DNA from: an uncultured Thermoplasmata archaeon
GTDB lineage: Archaea > Thermoplasmatota > Thermoplasmata > RBG-16-68-12
Direction: 5' to 3'
DNA: 64,000 bases
Assembly (NCBI GenBank): GCA_963768855.1
Contig: CAVYJM010000007.1
Span: forward strand, 68,600-132,599
A model generated the notes under the pieces. That model did no database searches. It saw only the letters and a program-made list of their open reading frames with translations, and was not told the DNA's origin. Below are positions 29,206-39,118 of the stretch, piece after piece (position 1 is the first letter of the stretch; each line of letters begins with the position of its first letter). The position numbers were made by a program, and so were the translations under genes.

Positions 29206-29711
29206 TCGACCACCTCGACGCCGAAGTGAGTCTTGATGAACGTGATGCCCTCGTCCCGCGTGATGCGGTGACGCCGGGGGATGGGGCGGGAGCGGACGCG
29301 CCGCTTCGCGATCCGGAACCCAGGCCGCTGGAGGCAGACGCTGATGTCCATCCCGAACACGCCGATTTCGGGATCGTACTTCATCCCCTCGAAGTCCGTG
29401 TAGTCCGGGACGCCGAAGGAGAAGTTGCCGCGGGGATCGAAGCTGTACCCCGGGAGGCGGTTGTTGCGGATCGAGAGCGCGCGCTTGAGGAACGCCTCCG
29501 CATCCACGCCGCGGAGCGTGACCTTCGTCCCGATGGGCATGTTCTGCCGCACGCCCCAGTCGCGGACGGCCGCGTGGGCGAGGGTCTGCGTGGGCTTCTG
29601 TTGCGTGACCAGCTCGAGCACCTTCTGTGCCTTGACGAGCTTGTCGCCGGCCTCCCCGACGCCGATGTTCACGACGACCTTCTCGATCCGGATCTCGCGC
29701 ATGTCCGCCAT
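29202..29711 (-). CDS. rpl5: 50S ribosomal protein L5
   Basis: [43 protein letters not shown]. Confidence 0.95.
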   Translation of the reverse strand: MADMREIRIEKVVVNIGVGEAGDKLVKAQKVLELVTQQKPTQTLAHAAVRDWGVRQNMPIGTKVTLRGVDAEAFLKRALSIRNNRLPGYSFDPRGNFSFGVPDYTDFEGMKYDPEIGVFGMDISVCLQRPGFRIAKRRVRSRPIPRRHRITRDEGITFIKTHFGVEVVE

Positions 29712-29719
29712 GGTCCCAC

Positions 29720-30430
29720 CTACAGTGCCGAGACCTCCGGCACCCTGACCTCGGCGGCTTCCTTGCCGACGACGAACACCTTGTCGACGTCCGTCGAGAA
29801 GCCCTCCTTGAACGTGACGACGTTGGCGCGGGGGTTGCGCGTCTTCTGGACCGCGAGGATGTGCGCGAGCTCGCCGACGTGCTTCCCGCCGGTCACGAGG
29901 ACCGTGGCACCCTCTGCGAGCTCGAAGTGGCCGAGCACCTTCTGCTCCGGCACACCGACCTTCAGGGTCGTCCCGGTCTTGTGCGCATCCTTCGCCAGGA
30001 GCAGGTTCCGGCCGTCGTGCAGGTTGATCTGGGTCTTCCCCCCGCGGACGGTGGTCTTGCCCTGGATGCGGCAGAGCTTCCACTTCGCGTCGGGGGCCTC
30101 GATCGGCAGGAGGTTCATCCTGCCGCGGCTGTCCACGAGCATGCGGTAGTACGCCTTCCCCTCCTCCAGGGAGAGGACGTCCATGAGCCCAACGGGGAAC
30201 TTCGGGTCCGTGACGGCGCGACCGTCGACCAGGACGTGCCGACCGTTCAGGATGTGCCGAGCCTCGCGCGCGGTGTCGCAGACCTTGAGCATGTCGCGCA
30301 GGATCAGACCGAGGGGGACGCAACGGTCCACCGGGTGCGGTCCGGGAGACGGCTTCGAGACCCAGAACTCGGTCTTGCGCGCGATGGCCCAGGATCGGGG
30401 CGCCGGCAGCCGCTTCATGTGCTTCTTCAC
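29720..30430 (-). CDS. rps4e: 30S ribosomal protein S4e
   Basis: [51 protein letters not shown]. Confidence 0.95.
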   Translation of the reverse strand: MKKHMKRLPAPRSWAIARKTEFWVSKPSPGPHPVDRCVPLGLILRDMLKVCDTAREARHILNGRHVLVDGRAVTDPKFPVGLMDVLSLEEGKAYYRMLVDSRGRMNLLPIEAPDAKWKLCRIQGKTTVRGGKTQINLHDGRNLLLAKDAHKTGTTLKVGVPEQKVLGHFELAEGATVLVTGGKHVGELAHILAVQKTRNPRANVVTFKEGFSTDVDKVFVVGKEAAEVRVPEVSAL

Positions 30431-30437
30431 GGTCTCC

Positions 30438-30797
30438 TCACTCCTCGTACTTCTTACGCCGCCACGGGTCCGTGTCGTCCATCTTGAGAATCATCAGGTT
30501 GGATGCGTGGATCGGCCGCGGGACCTTCTTCTCGTCCGTCTTCTCGATGGTGATCCCCTCGATGACGGCGGTCCCGTGTTTCGAGTCCACGCTCACGATC
30601 TTGCCCTCCTTGCCGCGGAAGCTGCCTCGCATCACCCGGACGACGTCTCCTTGGCGCAGCGGGAGGGCGCGGGGCAGGTGGAGTTTGGACTTTCCGGCAA
30701 GGTCCGGGTCGACGTGGGCACCCAGGAGGCGGTGACGTTGGTCGACCGTGGCCTCGTAGAGCCGCTTCCTCTGCACTCGCGGTTGCGTGCTCGTCAT
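30438..30797 (-). CDS. rpl24: 50S ribosomal protein L24
   Basis: QPRVQRK, GDVVRVMRGSFRG, PIHASNLMI. Confidence 0.93.
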   Translation of the reverse strand: MTSTQPRVQRKRLYEATVDQRHRLLGAHVDPDLAGKSKLHLPRALPLRQGDVVRVMRGSFRGKEGKIVSVDSKHGTAVIEGITIEKTDEKKVPRPIHASNLMILKMDDTDPWRRKKYEE

Positions 30798-30807
30798 GGT
30801 GTCCACC

Positions 30808-31206
30808 TCACACGATCATGCTCGCCGTGGCGGCGATCCGCGGCCAACGCTCGGCCGCCTCGCGGGCCACGGGGCCCTTGATGTCCGATCCCTTCGCCTC
30901 GCCCTCGGGAGTGACGATGACGCACGCGTTGTCCTCGAACGCGACCATGATCCCTTCGGGTCGGCGAAAGGGACGCCGCTGTCGGACGACGACCGCGTTG
31001 AAGAGTTGCTTCCGCGTCTCCGGGGTGCCCTTCTTGACCGTGACCACGAGGAGGTCCGCGATTCCGGCGGACGAGATCCGGTTGCGCACGCCGCGGTACT
31101 TCTTGACCTCGACGATCTCGACGATCTTCGCGCCCGTGTTGTCGATGCACTCCAGGCGGGCACCCTTGGGGAGGCCCCGGGTCTGACGTCCGGGAAGCCC
31201 CTTCAT
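30808..31206 (-). CDS. rpl14: 50S ribosomal protein L14
   Basis: [48 protein letters not shown]. Confidence 0.95.
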   Translation of the reverse strand: MKGLPGRQTRGLPKGARLECIDNTGAKIVEIVEVKKYRGVRNRISSAGIADLLVVTVKKGTPETRKQLFNAVVVRQRRPFRRPEGIMVAFEDNACVIVTPEGEAKGSDIKGPVAREAAERWPRIAATASMIV

Positions 31207-31613
31207 GCGGCAACCCCCTGGTTCCGCACCGCGACGAAGTGCACGGTCTTCCCGAGGGGCCGGCACTCCATGATCGTCACCCGGTCGCCGACCGAGAGCG
31301 CGAGACACGGCGGCGAATGCACGTTCATCCGCCGCGTGCGCTTCTCGAACCGCTCGAACTTCTGCAGGTAGCGGAGGTACTCGCGCTCGATGACCGCGGT
31401 CCGCTGCATTCGGGTCGAGACCACGACGCCCTCGAGGATCTGCCCGCGGACGGAGAGCTTGCCGTGGAACGGGCAGTGCTCGTCCGTGCACGACTTCTCC
31501 GGGATTGGGACGTCGATGCCGATGTCCCTCGCCGCGGACGCCTTGCGCGCCGCCGGCGCCGGGACTGGGGCCGCATCGGGCTTTTGCTTCTTCGCCGCCT
31601 TCTTCTCTGCCAT
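31203..31613 (-). CDS. rps17: 30S ribosomal protein S17
   Basis: [37 protein letters not shown]. Confidence 0.95.
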   Translation of the reverse strand: MAEKKAAKKQKPDAAPVPAPAARKASAARDIGIDVPIPEKSCTDEHCPFHGKLSVRGQILEGVVVSTRMQRTAVIEREYLRYLQKFERFEKRTRRMNVHSPPCLALSVGDRVTIMECRPLGKTVHFVAVRNQGVAA

Positions 31614-31619
31614 CGCTCG

Positions 31620-31871
31620 TCACCGTGCCTTCTTCACGCGGTCCTCGGGGCGGAAGCGGATCTCGTCGCCCTCCACCTCGATGCCGCCCTGAATCTGGAA
31701 CCGGAACCGGGCCCCCTGCTTCGGGATGCGCTTCTCGACGCCGCCCGCCTCGATCACGAGGAGGTTCCGGGTTTCGTCGACCACGCGGCCCGCCATGCGT
31801 GCCTGCCCGGGGTCTGTCGATCGGAGGACCTCGACCTGGAGTCCGATCAGCTCGTGCTTGCGGAGGTTCAC
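31620..31871 (-). CDS. rnp1: Ribonuclease P protein component 1 (Rpp29)
   Basis: [32 protein letters not shown]. Canonical position in the operon. Confidence 0.9.
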   Translation of the reverse strand: MNLRKHELIGLQVEVLRSTDPGQARMAGRVVDETRNLLVIEAGGVEKRIPKQGARFRFQIQGGIEVEGDEIRFRPEDRVKKAR

Positions 31872-31872
31872 G

Positions 31873-32172
31873 TCAGTTCACCTCGACGCGATATCCCATG
31901 GACTCGAGGACCTCCGCGACCCGCTTCTTGTGCTCCCCCTGGAGCTCGATGCGGCCTTCCTTCGCCGTGCCACCGGCCGCGCACTTGTTCTTGAGGGTCC
32001 TCGCGAGCTCGGCGATGTCGATATCGCCGACGTCGAGGCCCTCGACGACGGTCACGGTCTTGCCGTACCGCCGCGTGTCGTTGTGGACCCGGATCATCTG
32101 CTGCTCCTTCGCAAGCTCTTCGCACATGCAGAGCTCTTCGGGGAGGCCGCAGGTCGCGCAGATTCCGGCCAT
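31873..32172 (-). CDS. Translation initiation factor SUI1/aIF1
   Basis: [41 protein letters not shown]. Confidence 0.92.
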   Translation of the reverse strand: MAGICATCGLPEELCMCEELAKEQQMIRVHNDTRRYGKTVTVVEGLDVGDIDIAELARTLKNKCAAGGTAKEGRIELQGEHKKRVAEVLESMGYRVEVN

Positions 32173-32471
32173 TACGGCGCGTCCTCCTCGAGATTGTCGT
32201 CCACTTCCTCGGCCGGCCCCGTCGCCGCGGGCGCCGGCTTCGGCGTCGAGGGGGAGGCCGCGGCAGCACCGGGGATGCCTTCCTCGGTCTGGATCGTGTA
32301 GATGCGAGCGATGTTCTTCCGGAGGGCCCGGATCTTCCCCGGGTTCGGAGGCGCGCCGCCCATCGCCGCGACGCCCCGCTCGTGCATGAGCTCGTCCCGG
32401 AGCTCGCGGAGCTTCTTCTCCCGGGCAGGGCCGTCCATCGCCCGAATCTCCTTCGTCCGCAGGAGGGCCAT
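32172..32471 (-). CDS. rpl29: 50S ribosomal protein L29 with C-terminal tail
   Basis: [26 protein letters not shown]. Confidence 0.92.
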   Translation of the reverse strand: MALLRTKEIRAMDGPAREKKLRELRDELMHERGVAAMGGAPPNPGKIRALRKNIARIYTIQTEEGIPGAAAASPSTPKPAPAATGPAEEVDDNLEEDAP

Positions 32472-33361
32472 TACTTCTCCTCCTCGACGACGTCGACGTC
32501 CGCGTCGACACCGAGCTGCCTCACTTCCTTGGCGACCTTCTTGAGGCGCTTCGTCGCGACCTTGCTCTTCTTGACCTTCTCGACCGATTTGGGCGCATCG
32601 TCTTCGGGCAGGGTCACCGCTTCCTCGGACTCCGGCGCCTCGGGCACCTCAGCGATCGGGATGGCGGGCTTCGACTCCCCGCCTTCCACGAGCCCAAGCT
32701 CGGGTGCAAGCGCGGCGGCAGGCTCCGACGAGACACTGCTCGGGACGCCGACCTTGATCTCGATCTCGTCGGGCAACTTGGCCAGCGGGTTCATGATCTC
32801 CACGGTGACGCCGATCACACCCGGCTTGAGCTTCGCGATCGCGAAGCCCCTGCCCATCCAGAGGTTCCGCGGTTCGCCACAATACTTGATGTGGCCCGCC
32901 TTGAACTTCTCCGTGCGGTGCCTCTGGCCCGTGAGCTTGCCCGCGATGATCACGAGGCACCCCTTGCCGCCCGCTTCCATGATGCGACGAACGGTGCTGT
33001 GGCCGGCCCGGCGGAAGTGCCAGCCGCGCTCAAGCGCATTGGCCAACTTCTCCGCCATGATCTGGGCGTTCAGGGAGGGATTCGCGACCTCCTGGACCTC
33101 GATCTGCGGGTTGTCGAACTTGAACTGGCGCTCGACCGCGTCCGTGAGGCTCTTGATCGCGCCTCCCTTGCGGCCGATGACGAGCCCCGGGCGCTCGGAC
33201 TGGAGCGTGACGCGGGTGCCCATGGGCGTCCGCTGGATGTCGAGTCCGCCGAAGCCTGCGCGACGCGTCTCCTTCATGAGGTACTCCTTGAGCAGGACGC
33301 GGCGCATGTTCTCGACGATGATGCGCTTGTCCTTGCGTCGCTCGCTGACCGCGCCGGGCAC
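32471..33361 (-). CDS. rps3: 30S ribosomal protein S3
   Basis: [44 protein letters not shown]. Long C-terminal tail. Confidence 0.95.
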   Translation of the reverse strand: MPGAVSERRKDKRIIVENMRRVLLKEYLMKETRRAGFGGLDIQRTPMGTRVTLQSERPGLVIGRKGGAIKSLTDAVERQFKFDNPQIEVQEVANPSLNAQIMAEKLANALERGWHFRRAGHSTVRRIMEAGGKGCLVIIAGKLTGQRHRTEKFKAGHIKYCGEPRNLWMGRGFAIAKLKPGVIGVTVEIMNPLAKLPDEIEIKVGVPSSVSSEPAAALAPELGLVEGGESKPAIPIAEVPEAPESEEAVTLPEDDAPKSVEKVKKSKVATKRLKKVAKEVRQLGVDADVDVVEEEK

Positions 33362-33823
33362 TCAGCTCTCCTCCATTGCCTCGAGGACGATCTCGAGGTT
33401 GACCGTGTCCTGGTTCCAGGGCCCGCTGCGGCCGTGCGCCCGCGGGCGGTAGGCCTTCTGGATCGAGCCCTTGTGCGCGTTGATTACCGCGACCCGCATC
33501 TGATCCGGGTCGTCCTTCCCGGTGAACTCTGCGTTCGCGACCGCGGACTCGAGGATCCGGAGGAAGGCCTTCGCCGCCTTGACCGGGTAGCGGGCGGGGC
33601 CCACCCCGGACTTGTGGGCGATCCACCGCTTGTAGCGCCGCATGGGCACGGGTTGCTTGAGGGCCGCGACGTTCTCGAGGTACTCGCGGGCCTGCTCGAC
33701 CGTCTTCCCGCGGATCGCGCGGGCGAGCTCCACGCTCTTCTTCCAGGGAATCTGGAGCTCCTTGCCGTAGGCTCGCGCCATGGTCTCGATCTTGTATTCC
33801 ACCGTGTACCCGAGGTGCGTCAT
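33362..33823 (-). CDS. rpl22: 50S ribosomal protein L22
   Basis: KKSVELARAIRG, VPMRRY, RYPVKAA, PRAHGR. Confidence 0.95.
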   Translation of the reverse strand: MTHLGYTVEYKIETMARAYGKELQIPWKKSVELARAIRGKTVEQAREYLENVAALKQPVPMRRYKRWIAHKSGVGPARYPVKAAKAFLRILESAVANAEFTGKDDPDQMRVAVINAHKGSIQKAYRPRAHGRSGPWNQDTVNLEIVLEAMEES

Positions 33824-33830
33824 GGTCCAC

Positions 33831-34298
33831 CTACTTCAGCGGCATGAACTTGGACGAGCGCGTCGCGCCGACGCCCGGGCCGCTGTGCGTGACCAGCGTC
33901 TTCCGCGTCATCGCGAACTCGCCGATGTAATGCCCGATCATCTCCGGCTTGATGTCGACGGTCACGAACTCCTTCCCGTTGTGGACGGCGACCTTCTTCC
34001 CGACGAAGTCCGGGAGGATGGGCACGTCGCGGCAATGCGTCCGGACGGCGTCCTCCGTGCCGTTCGCGCGGAGCTTGTCCACGAACCGCGTTCGCTCCTC
34101 GTCGAGGCCGCGCACGAACGAGCGGCGGGCGCGGGCGGGCAGGAGCTCGACGATCTCCTCCAGGGTCATCGCCTTCATCTCCTCGAGGGTGTACCCGCGG
34201 TAGGTGAACTCCTTCTTCCTCCGGGTCTCCACGAGGCCCGCGCGCTTCCGCAGCTTCCTGCGTGCCGCCTTGGCCAGCCCACCCATCTTGCGCGCCAT
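33831..34298 (-). CDS. rps19: 30S ribosomal protein S19
   Basis: [47 protein letters not shown]. Confidence 0.95.
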   Translation of the reverse strand: MARKMGGLAKAARRKLRKRAGLVETRRKKEFTYRGYTLEEMKAMTLEEIVELLPARARRSFVRGLDEERTRFVDKLRANGTEDAVRTHCRDVPILPDFVGKKVAVHNGKEFVTVDIKPEMIGHYIGEFAMTRKTLVTHSGPGVGATRSSKFMPLK

Positions 34299-34303
34299 GT
34301 GTT

Positions 34304-35017
34304 CTACCTCCGCTGCTTGCGTTCACGGATCCGCTTCGGCTTCGGGGACAACCGGCCGACCTTTTGGCCGGGAGGAGCGTCATAGCCGACGGTCGACGGC
34401 CGCCCCACGTGCTGGTGGGAGCCGCCTCCGTGCGGGTGGTCCACGGGGTTCTTCGCCACGCCGCGGACGTCGAAGTAGGCCTTGCTGAAGGAGCGGAACG
34501 CGTGGAACTTCTTGCCCGCCTTCGTGAACGGCTTCTCGCCGCGGCCCGCTCCGGCGACCGCGCCGATCGTCGCGCGGCACTCCCGGTGGAATCCGTAGAA
34601 CTTGCCGGACGGGAGCTGGACGACCGTGCGGTCGCCCTGGCTGACGACGATCGCCTGGGCGCCCGCAGCGCGGACGAAGCGCCCGCCGTCGCCGGGGATC
34701 TTCTCGAGGTTGTAGACGAGGGTGCCCTCGGGGATCTGGCCGAGCGGGAGGGTGTTTCCGCGGTCCACGTTCGCGGCGCCGATCGTCACGGGCTGGCCAA
34801 CCGCGAGGCCGTCGCACGCGATCATGAGGACCTCTTGGTTTCCATAGCGGACGCGGGCCAGGGGCGCCGTGTGGCCCGGGGCCTGGAAGATGTCGGTCAC
34901 GATGCCGCTCCCCCGCAGGTGCGGGTACTCGACGGGGCCGGGGTGGCGGTGGCTCGGCGACCGATACGTCGGCGACGTGCCGCGCCCGCGTCGCTGGTTG
35001 GGAAGGTTCTTTCCCAT
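34304..35017 (-). CDS. rpl2: 50S ribosomal protein L2
   Basis: [41 protein letters not shown]. Confidence 0.96.
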   Translation of the reverse strand: MGKNLPNQRRGRGTSPTYRSPSHRHPGPVEYPHLRGSGIVTDIFQAPGHTAPLARVRYGNQEVLMIACDGLAVGQPVTIGAANVDRGNTLPLGQIPEGTLVYNLEKIPGDGGRFVRAAGAQAIVVSQGDRTVVQLPSGKFYGFHRECRATIGAVAGAGRGEKPFTKAGKKFHAFRSFSKAYFDVRGVAKNPVDHPHGGGSHQHVGRPSTVGYDAPPGQKVGRLSPKPKRIRERKQRR

Positions 35018-35298
35018 CAGAACACCCCGATCCGCATCCCGATCTCCTCCGCGGAGAACTCGGGCTTGAGCTTGATGATCGCATGCTTCCCATCCTTGCG
35101 GATGAACGTGTTCACGCTCGCGACCTTCACCTCGAAGACCTCCTCGAAGGCCTTCTTGACGTCCAGCTTGGTCGCGCGGCGGTCCACGACGAACTCCAGG
35201 CGGTTGCCGTCCTTCAGGTTCTGGGCCGGAGTGCCCTGGAGCATGTTGAGCGTCTTCTCTGTGACGTACGGGTGCAGGAGGATGTCGTGGGCTCTCAT
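35017..35298 (-). CDS. rpl23: 50S ribosomal protein L23
   Basis: HPYVTEK, LEFVVDRRATK, VASVNT, AEEIGMRIGVF. Confidence 0.93.
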   Translation of the reverse strand: MRAHDILLHPYVTEKTLNMLQGTPAQNLKDGNRLEFVVDRRATKLDVKKAFEEVFEVKVASVNTFIRKDGKHAIIKLKPEFSAEEIGMRIGVF

Positions 35299-36227
35299 GG
35301 TTGCCAGCTCCGGATGAGTTCGATGGCCCCCTCGCTGAACAACGCGAGCCGGCCGGGGTCGCCGCCGGGCGCGAGGATCTCCGCGTTCAGGCCGGCGGGG
35401 CTCGTGACCTCGACGCCGGGCAGGTTGCCGAACAGGCGCCGGACCTTGGCGGGCTCCTTCACGACGACGAGGAGGCTGCGCGGTTGTCTCAGGCGGCGGC
35501 CGCGGAGCTTGCCGCGTCCCGCGCGCACGTGCCGACCGTCCTTCGCGCGGACGATGTCGTCCTGGAGACCGAGCCGCTCAAGGATCGCGAGCCCTTCGCG
35601 GGTCGCGCCCTCCTCCGGCTCGAAGGACTCGATCGCGTCCTCGAGGACGACCGGAAGGCTGAGCCGCACGTCGAAGCGGTGACCGCGCGCGGACACGATC
35701 GCGGGGTCCCGGAGGGCCGCGAGCGCGGCGTTCCGAGCGAGCCCTCGCTCGTGGGAGTTCATCTTCTTCTCCCAGATCGTGTCGGGACGTGGCGGGTGGG
35801 CACGTCGCCCTCCGACCGTGCCGGGGGCCTGGGCGCCCGTCATGCCTCCGCGCAGCCGGGGCACGCGGGAGACCCCGTGGCCCTTCCCGGACCACCGGAC
35901 GGAGTGCTTCATCCCCGACCGCGAGTTCGGTCCGTAGGGTTGGCGGCGGTTCGCCTGGAATGCGGTGACGGCGCGGCGGATCAGATCCTGCCGCACCTCG
36001 GATCGGAACACCGCGGGGAGGTCGATCGTCTTCACGGGCTCTCCCTCCATGGAGTAGACGCGGACCTGGCCGGGCCGCAGGGCGGGGCCTTTCTCCGCGG
36101 GCGCGGCCGCCTTGGGCTTCGCGGCCTTCGGCGCGGCGCGTCGTGCGCGGCGCGTCCTCGGCGCGGGCGCCTCCTCGGCGGGCGTCTCCTCCGGGGCCTC
36201 CTTCTTCGGGCTCTCGTCCTCGGCCAT
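35295..36227 (-). CDS. rpl4: 50S ribosomal protein L4 with N-terminal extension
   Basis: LPAVFRSEVRQDLIRRAV, WSGKGHGVSRVPR, GGRRAHPP, LAPGGDPGRL. Start ATG 36227. Confidence 0.94.
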   Translation of the reverse strand: MAEDESPKKEAPEETPAEEAPAPRTRRARRAAPKAAKPKAAAPAEKGPALRPGQVRVYSMEGEPVKTIDLPAVFRSEVRQDLIRRAVTAFQANRRQPYGPNSRSGMKHSVRWSGKGHGVSRVPRLRGGMTGAQAPGTVGGRRAHPPRPDTIWEKKMNSHERGLARNAALAALRDPAIVSARGHRFDVRLSLPVVLEDAIESFEPEEGATREGLAILERLGLQDDIVRAKDGRHVRAGRGKLRGRRLRQPRSLLVVVKEPAKVRRLFGNLPGVEVTSPAGLNAEILAPGGDPGRLALFSEGAIELIRSWQP

Positions 36228-36232
36228 CGAGC

Positions 36233-37234
36233 TCAGGCCCCCTGCTTGGATTCCCGCGAGATGAACGTGACCTCGGGCGGCTTCTCGAGCTTCACGAAGC
36301 CTCCGCGGCTCGCGTCCCGCAACCGGATGAGCCGCTTCGCAGGACCCGGGATCGAGCCGTGCAGGATGACGTAGGAGTTGCGGATGTTCCCGTAGTTCAG
36401 GAAGCCGCCGTCGGGCGTGATCTCGTCCCCCTTCTCCCCGACCTTCAGGATCCGCTTGTTGTACTCGGTCCGCTGATGGTATCCGAACTGCCCTCCCTGG
36501 GGGACGGTCGGCCGGACGAATCCGGGGTTGAAGTTGCCGAGCGTGCCGATGTTCCGGCGGTGCTTCGAGTTCTTGTGGCTGAGGAGGCGGGTGCCCCACC
36601 GGGTGTGGTGGCCCTGCCACCCCTTGCCCTTCGTGATCGCGGCGACGTCGACCATGGAGCCCTCGCGGCAGAACTCGGTGACGGGGATCTCCTTGCCGAG
36701 GTGCTCCCGCGCGTACTTGAGGCGGTCCGCGACCGCGCCGCCCCCGATCCGGTTCTCCATGAGATCGGGCTTCTTCTTCGGGACTCCGGAGACGAGGGTG
36801 GGCTGGGTGTACGTCAGGAGGCGAATGTCGTCGACCTGAAGGGCATCGACCTTCTTCCAGGCCTCGTCGACGTCGTAATCCTTCGGGATCGGGAAGACGC
36901 GGCTCAGCTCCTTGTCGAGGCGGGGCGCCCAGACCTCGCCGACGGTCTTGAGGCCCTCGTGGGTCTGTTGGTACATCCGGATGCCGGCGACCTTCATCGG
37001 CGGCACCTCGACGACCGTGACGGGGACTTGGACCTCCTGGCCCGAAGTAGTCGACGTCGGCCGGTAGTCGACGATCGTGGCGTGGGTCATGCCGGCCTTG
37101 TAGCCTGCGAATCCCTGGACGCGGGGCGCTCCGTCGATGTCGGGCCAGCTGGAGAAATGCGGGATCGGGCTTTCGCTGCGCTTGCGGGGCGAGAAGCCCA
37201 TCGAGCCATGGCGGGGGCGATGTTCCTTGGGCAT
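36233..37234 (-). CDS. rpl3: 50S ribosomal protein L3
   Basis: PRHGSMGFSPRKR, GYKAGMTH, ITKGKGWQG, GQFGYHQRTEYNKRI, GSIPGPAKRLIRLR. Confidence 0.96.
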   Translation of the reverse strand: MPKEHRPRHGSMGFSPRKRSESPIPHFSSWPDIDGAPRVQGFAGYKAGMTHATIVDYRPTSTTSGQEVQVPVTVVEVPPMKVAGIRMYQQTHEGLKTVGEVWAPRLDKELSRVFPIPKDYDVDEAWKKVDALQVDDIRLLTYTQPTLVSGVPKKKPDLMENRIGGGAVADRLKYAREHLGKEIPVTEFCREGSMVDVAAITKGKGWQGHHTRWGTRLLSHKNSKHRRNIGTLGNFNPGFVRPTVPQGGQFGYHQRTEYNKRILKVGEKGDEITPDGGFLNYGNIRNSYVILHGSIPGPAKRLIRLRDASRGGFVKLEKPPEVTFISRESKQGA

Positions 37235-37411
37235 AGGGACTCCTCCGGAGAGCGTCGTCTCTCCTCGCGTGCGATCACGCGGAGTCGATTGGGCGCGACA
37301 CCGTGACGCTGCCTGCAGTCCCAGAAGAGTGGGCCCGCATTCCCGGGATCCGCGAAGGATTGCCCGGAGGGCGTCTGGTTGACGCGACGGCCGCTCCCTA
37401 TGGACGGGGTC

Positions 37412-37418
37412 TATTTAA
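37412..37418 (-). promoter_or_regulatory. Putative TATA box of the ribosomal protein superoperon
   Basis: TTAAATA on the minus strand, ~180 nt upstream of the rpl3 ATG. Only AT-rich island in a GC-rich spacer. Confidence 0.55.
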
Positions 37419-37479
37419 CGGTTTGGAGGGCTTCGCCCTCCCGGTCGAGTCGACTCGGTTCCCGCGATGCCGACGCGGC

Positions 37480-37653
37480 TCAGCGCGGCAGCGCGCGCGC
37501 CTTTCGGCTCGTCGACTGGACGACCTCGGCGGCGGGCCTCACGAGCGCCTCGCCGAGAGGGCTCCGTTCTTCCTCGACGTCGGAGGACGCCTCTTGCATC
37601 GCGAGCCGTCGCCAGAGCTCCCGCATCCGCTCGTCATCGTATTCGTCGCACAT
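37480..37653 (-). CDS. Small hypothetical protein, 57 aa
   Basis: MCDEYDDERMRELWRRLAMQEASSDVEEERSPLGEALVRPAAEVVQSTSRKARALPR, with a GGGAAG SD-like site upstream. Confidence 0.5.
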   Translation of the reverse strand: MCDEYDDERMRELWRRLAMQEASSDVEEERSPLGEALVRPAAEVVQSTSRKARALPR

Positions 37654-37826
37654 CGCTTCCCTCACCAGAATCCACGGCGCCCGGACGTATCAGGATTCCG
37701 CGTTCCGGGGCGGGCCGGCGGGCCGCTCGACGCCCGGAAATGAGCGCGGACGTATCGTGATTGATAACTCGCCCACAACGGTTAAATGAGCACCCTCAGT
37801 ACTCTGTGATTGCAAGCGGGACCCCC

Positions 37827-38390
37827 ATGGAAGTCAAGCGAATGAAGGTGAAAGTCTGCCTGGTCGGCGAAGCGGCGGTCGGAAAGACCTCGCTCATCCG
37901 GCGGTTCGTGCTCGAGAACTTCGACGACAAGTACATCCAGACCCTCGGGACCAAGGTCTCCAAGAAGGAGATGTCCGCACCCAACGTCGATCCCTCCGGC
38001 GAGATGAAGATCGACATGACGATCTGGGACATCATGGGCCAGAAGGGTTTCCGGGAGCTCCTCAAAGAGGCCTACTTCTACGGCGCGAAGGGCATCCTGG
38101 CCGTGTGCGACTCGACGCGCAAGAAGACCCTCGAGGATATCGATGACTGGATCGAGGGCGTGTACAGCGTCACCGGGAAGATTCCGATCGAATTCCTCGC
38201 CAACAAGGTCGACCTGAAGGACGAGACCCAGGTCACCGAGGATGACATGGTCCAGGCGGCGAAGGCCTACGACAGCCCGTTCCACTTCACCTCGGCCAAG
38301 ACGGGCGTCAACGTCGAGCTCGCCTTCCAGTCCCTCGCGGAACGGATCGCCAAGGAGCGGTTCGCACGCAAACTCATTCCCGACGAGTGA
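37827..38390 (+). CDS. Rab/Ras-like small GTPase, copy 1
   Basis: G1 GEAAVGKTS, switch I YIQTLG, G3 WDIMGQ, G4 NKVD, G5 TSAKTG. Confidence 0.92.
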   Translation: MEVKRMKVKVCLVGEAAVGKTSLIRRFVLENFDDKYIQTLGTKVSKKEMSAPNVDPSGEMKIDMTIWDIMGQKGFRELLKEAYFYGAKGILAVCDSTRKKTLEDIDDWIEGVYSVTGKIPIEFLANKVDLKDETQVTEDDMVQAAKAYDSPFHFTSAKTGVNVELAFQSLAERIAKERFARKLIPDE

Positions 38391-38454
38391 GAGAATTATC
38401 AGCCCCGGTAACGCGGGCGCACCCTACTTTAAGCCGGAGCCGATTGCCGAGACG

Positions 38455-39006
38455 ATGTCGATGACCGAAGCCGCGGCGCAGAAGCACGTGAAGGCGAAGG
38501 TCTGCCTCGTCGGCGACGTCGCCGTCGGGAAGACCTCCCTAATCAAGCGGTTCGTCCTCGAGTCCTTCGACGACCGGTACGTGGCCACGGTGGGCACGAA
38601 GGTCACGAAGAAGACCGTGAACACGGACTGGAAGGGCGTACCTGCGACGATCGATATCATGGTCTGGGACATCATGGGGGAGAAGGGCTTCCGGTCCCTC
38701 CTGCGGGACGCGTACTTCGAGGGCGCGCACGGCGTCCTGGCCGTGTGCGATCTCACCCGCAAAGACACGTTCTACGATCTGAACAACTGGGTCCAGATGG
38801 TCCGAAAGCAGGTGGGCGACGTCCCGATCGTCTTCCTTGGGAACAAGGCGGACCTGACCGAGCGCGTGGTCGTGAGCCCGGAGGAGCTGGCGCGGATGGG
38901 GGCCATCCTGAACGCGAAGTACTTCCTCACCTCGGCCAAGACCGGCAAGAACGTGAACGAGGCGTTCCAGGTCCTGGCGGATGCGATCGGCCACCGCGGC
39001 GACTGA
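38455..39006 (+). CDS. Rab/Ras-like small GTPase, copy 2
   Basis: G1 GDVAVGKTS, switch I YVATVG, G3 WDIMGE, G4 NKAD, G5 TSAKTG. Confidence 0.92.
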   Translation: MSMTEAAAQKHVKAKVCLVGDVAVGKTSLIKRFVLESFDDRYVATVGTKVTKKTVNTDWKGVPATIDIMVWDIMGEKGFRSLLRDAYFEGAHGVLAVCDLTRKDTFYDLNNWVQMVRKQVGDVPIVFLGNKADLTERVVVSPEELARMGAILNAKYFLTSAKTGKNVNEAFQVLADAIGHRGD

Positions 39007-39118
39007 GCCTCCGTCCAAAGGGGAGCAGACCCTCCCGTTATCCATGCAGATAACGGCGTGGGAATTCCTTTATAATCTAAGACTTGTGCGCGGCGTTGAG
39101 AACAGCTCGGTGTACGCC

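Noticed and set aside
22905-37234. SUI1 and Rpp29 embedded in the ribosomal operon; operon ends at secY without adk
   Set aside because: L29-SUI1-Rpp29-S17 is a common archaeal order, and breaks after secY are frequent.
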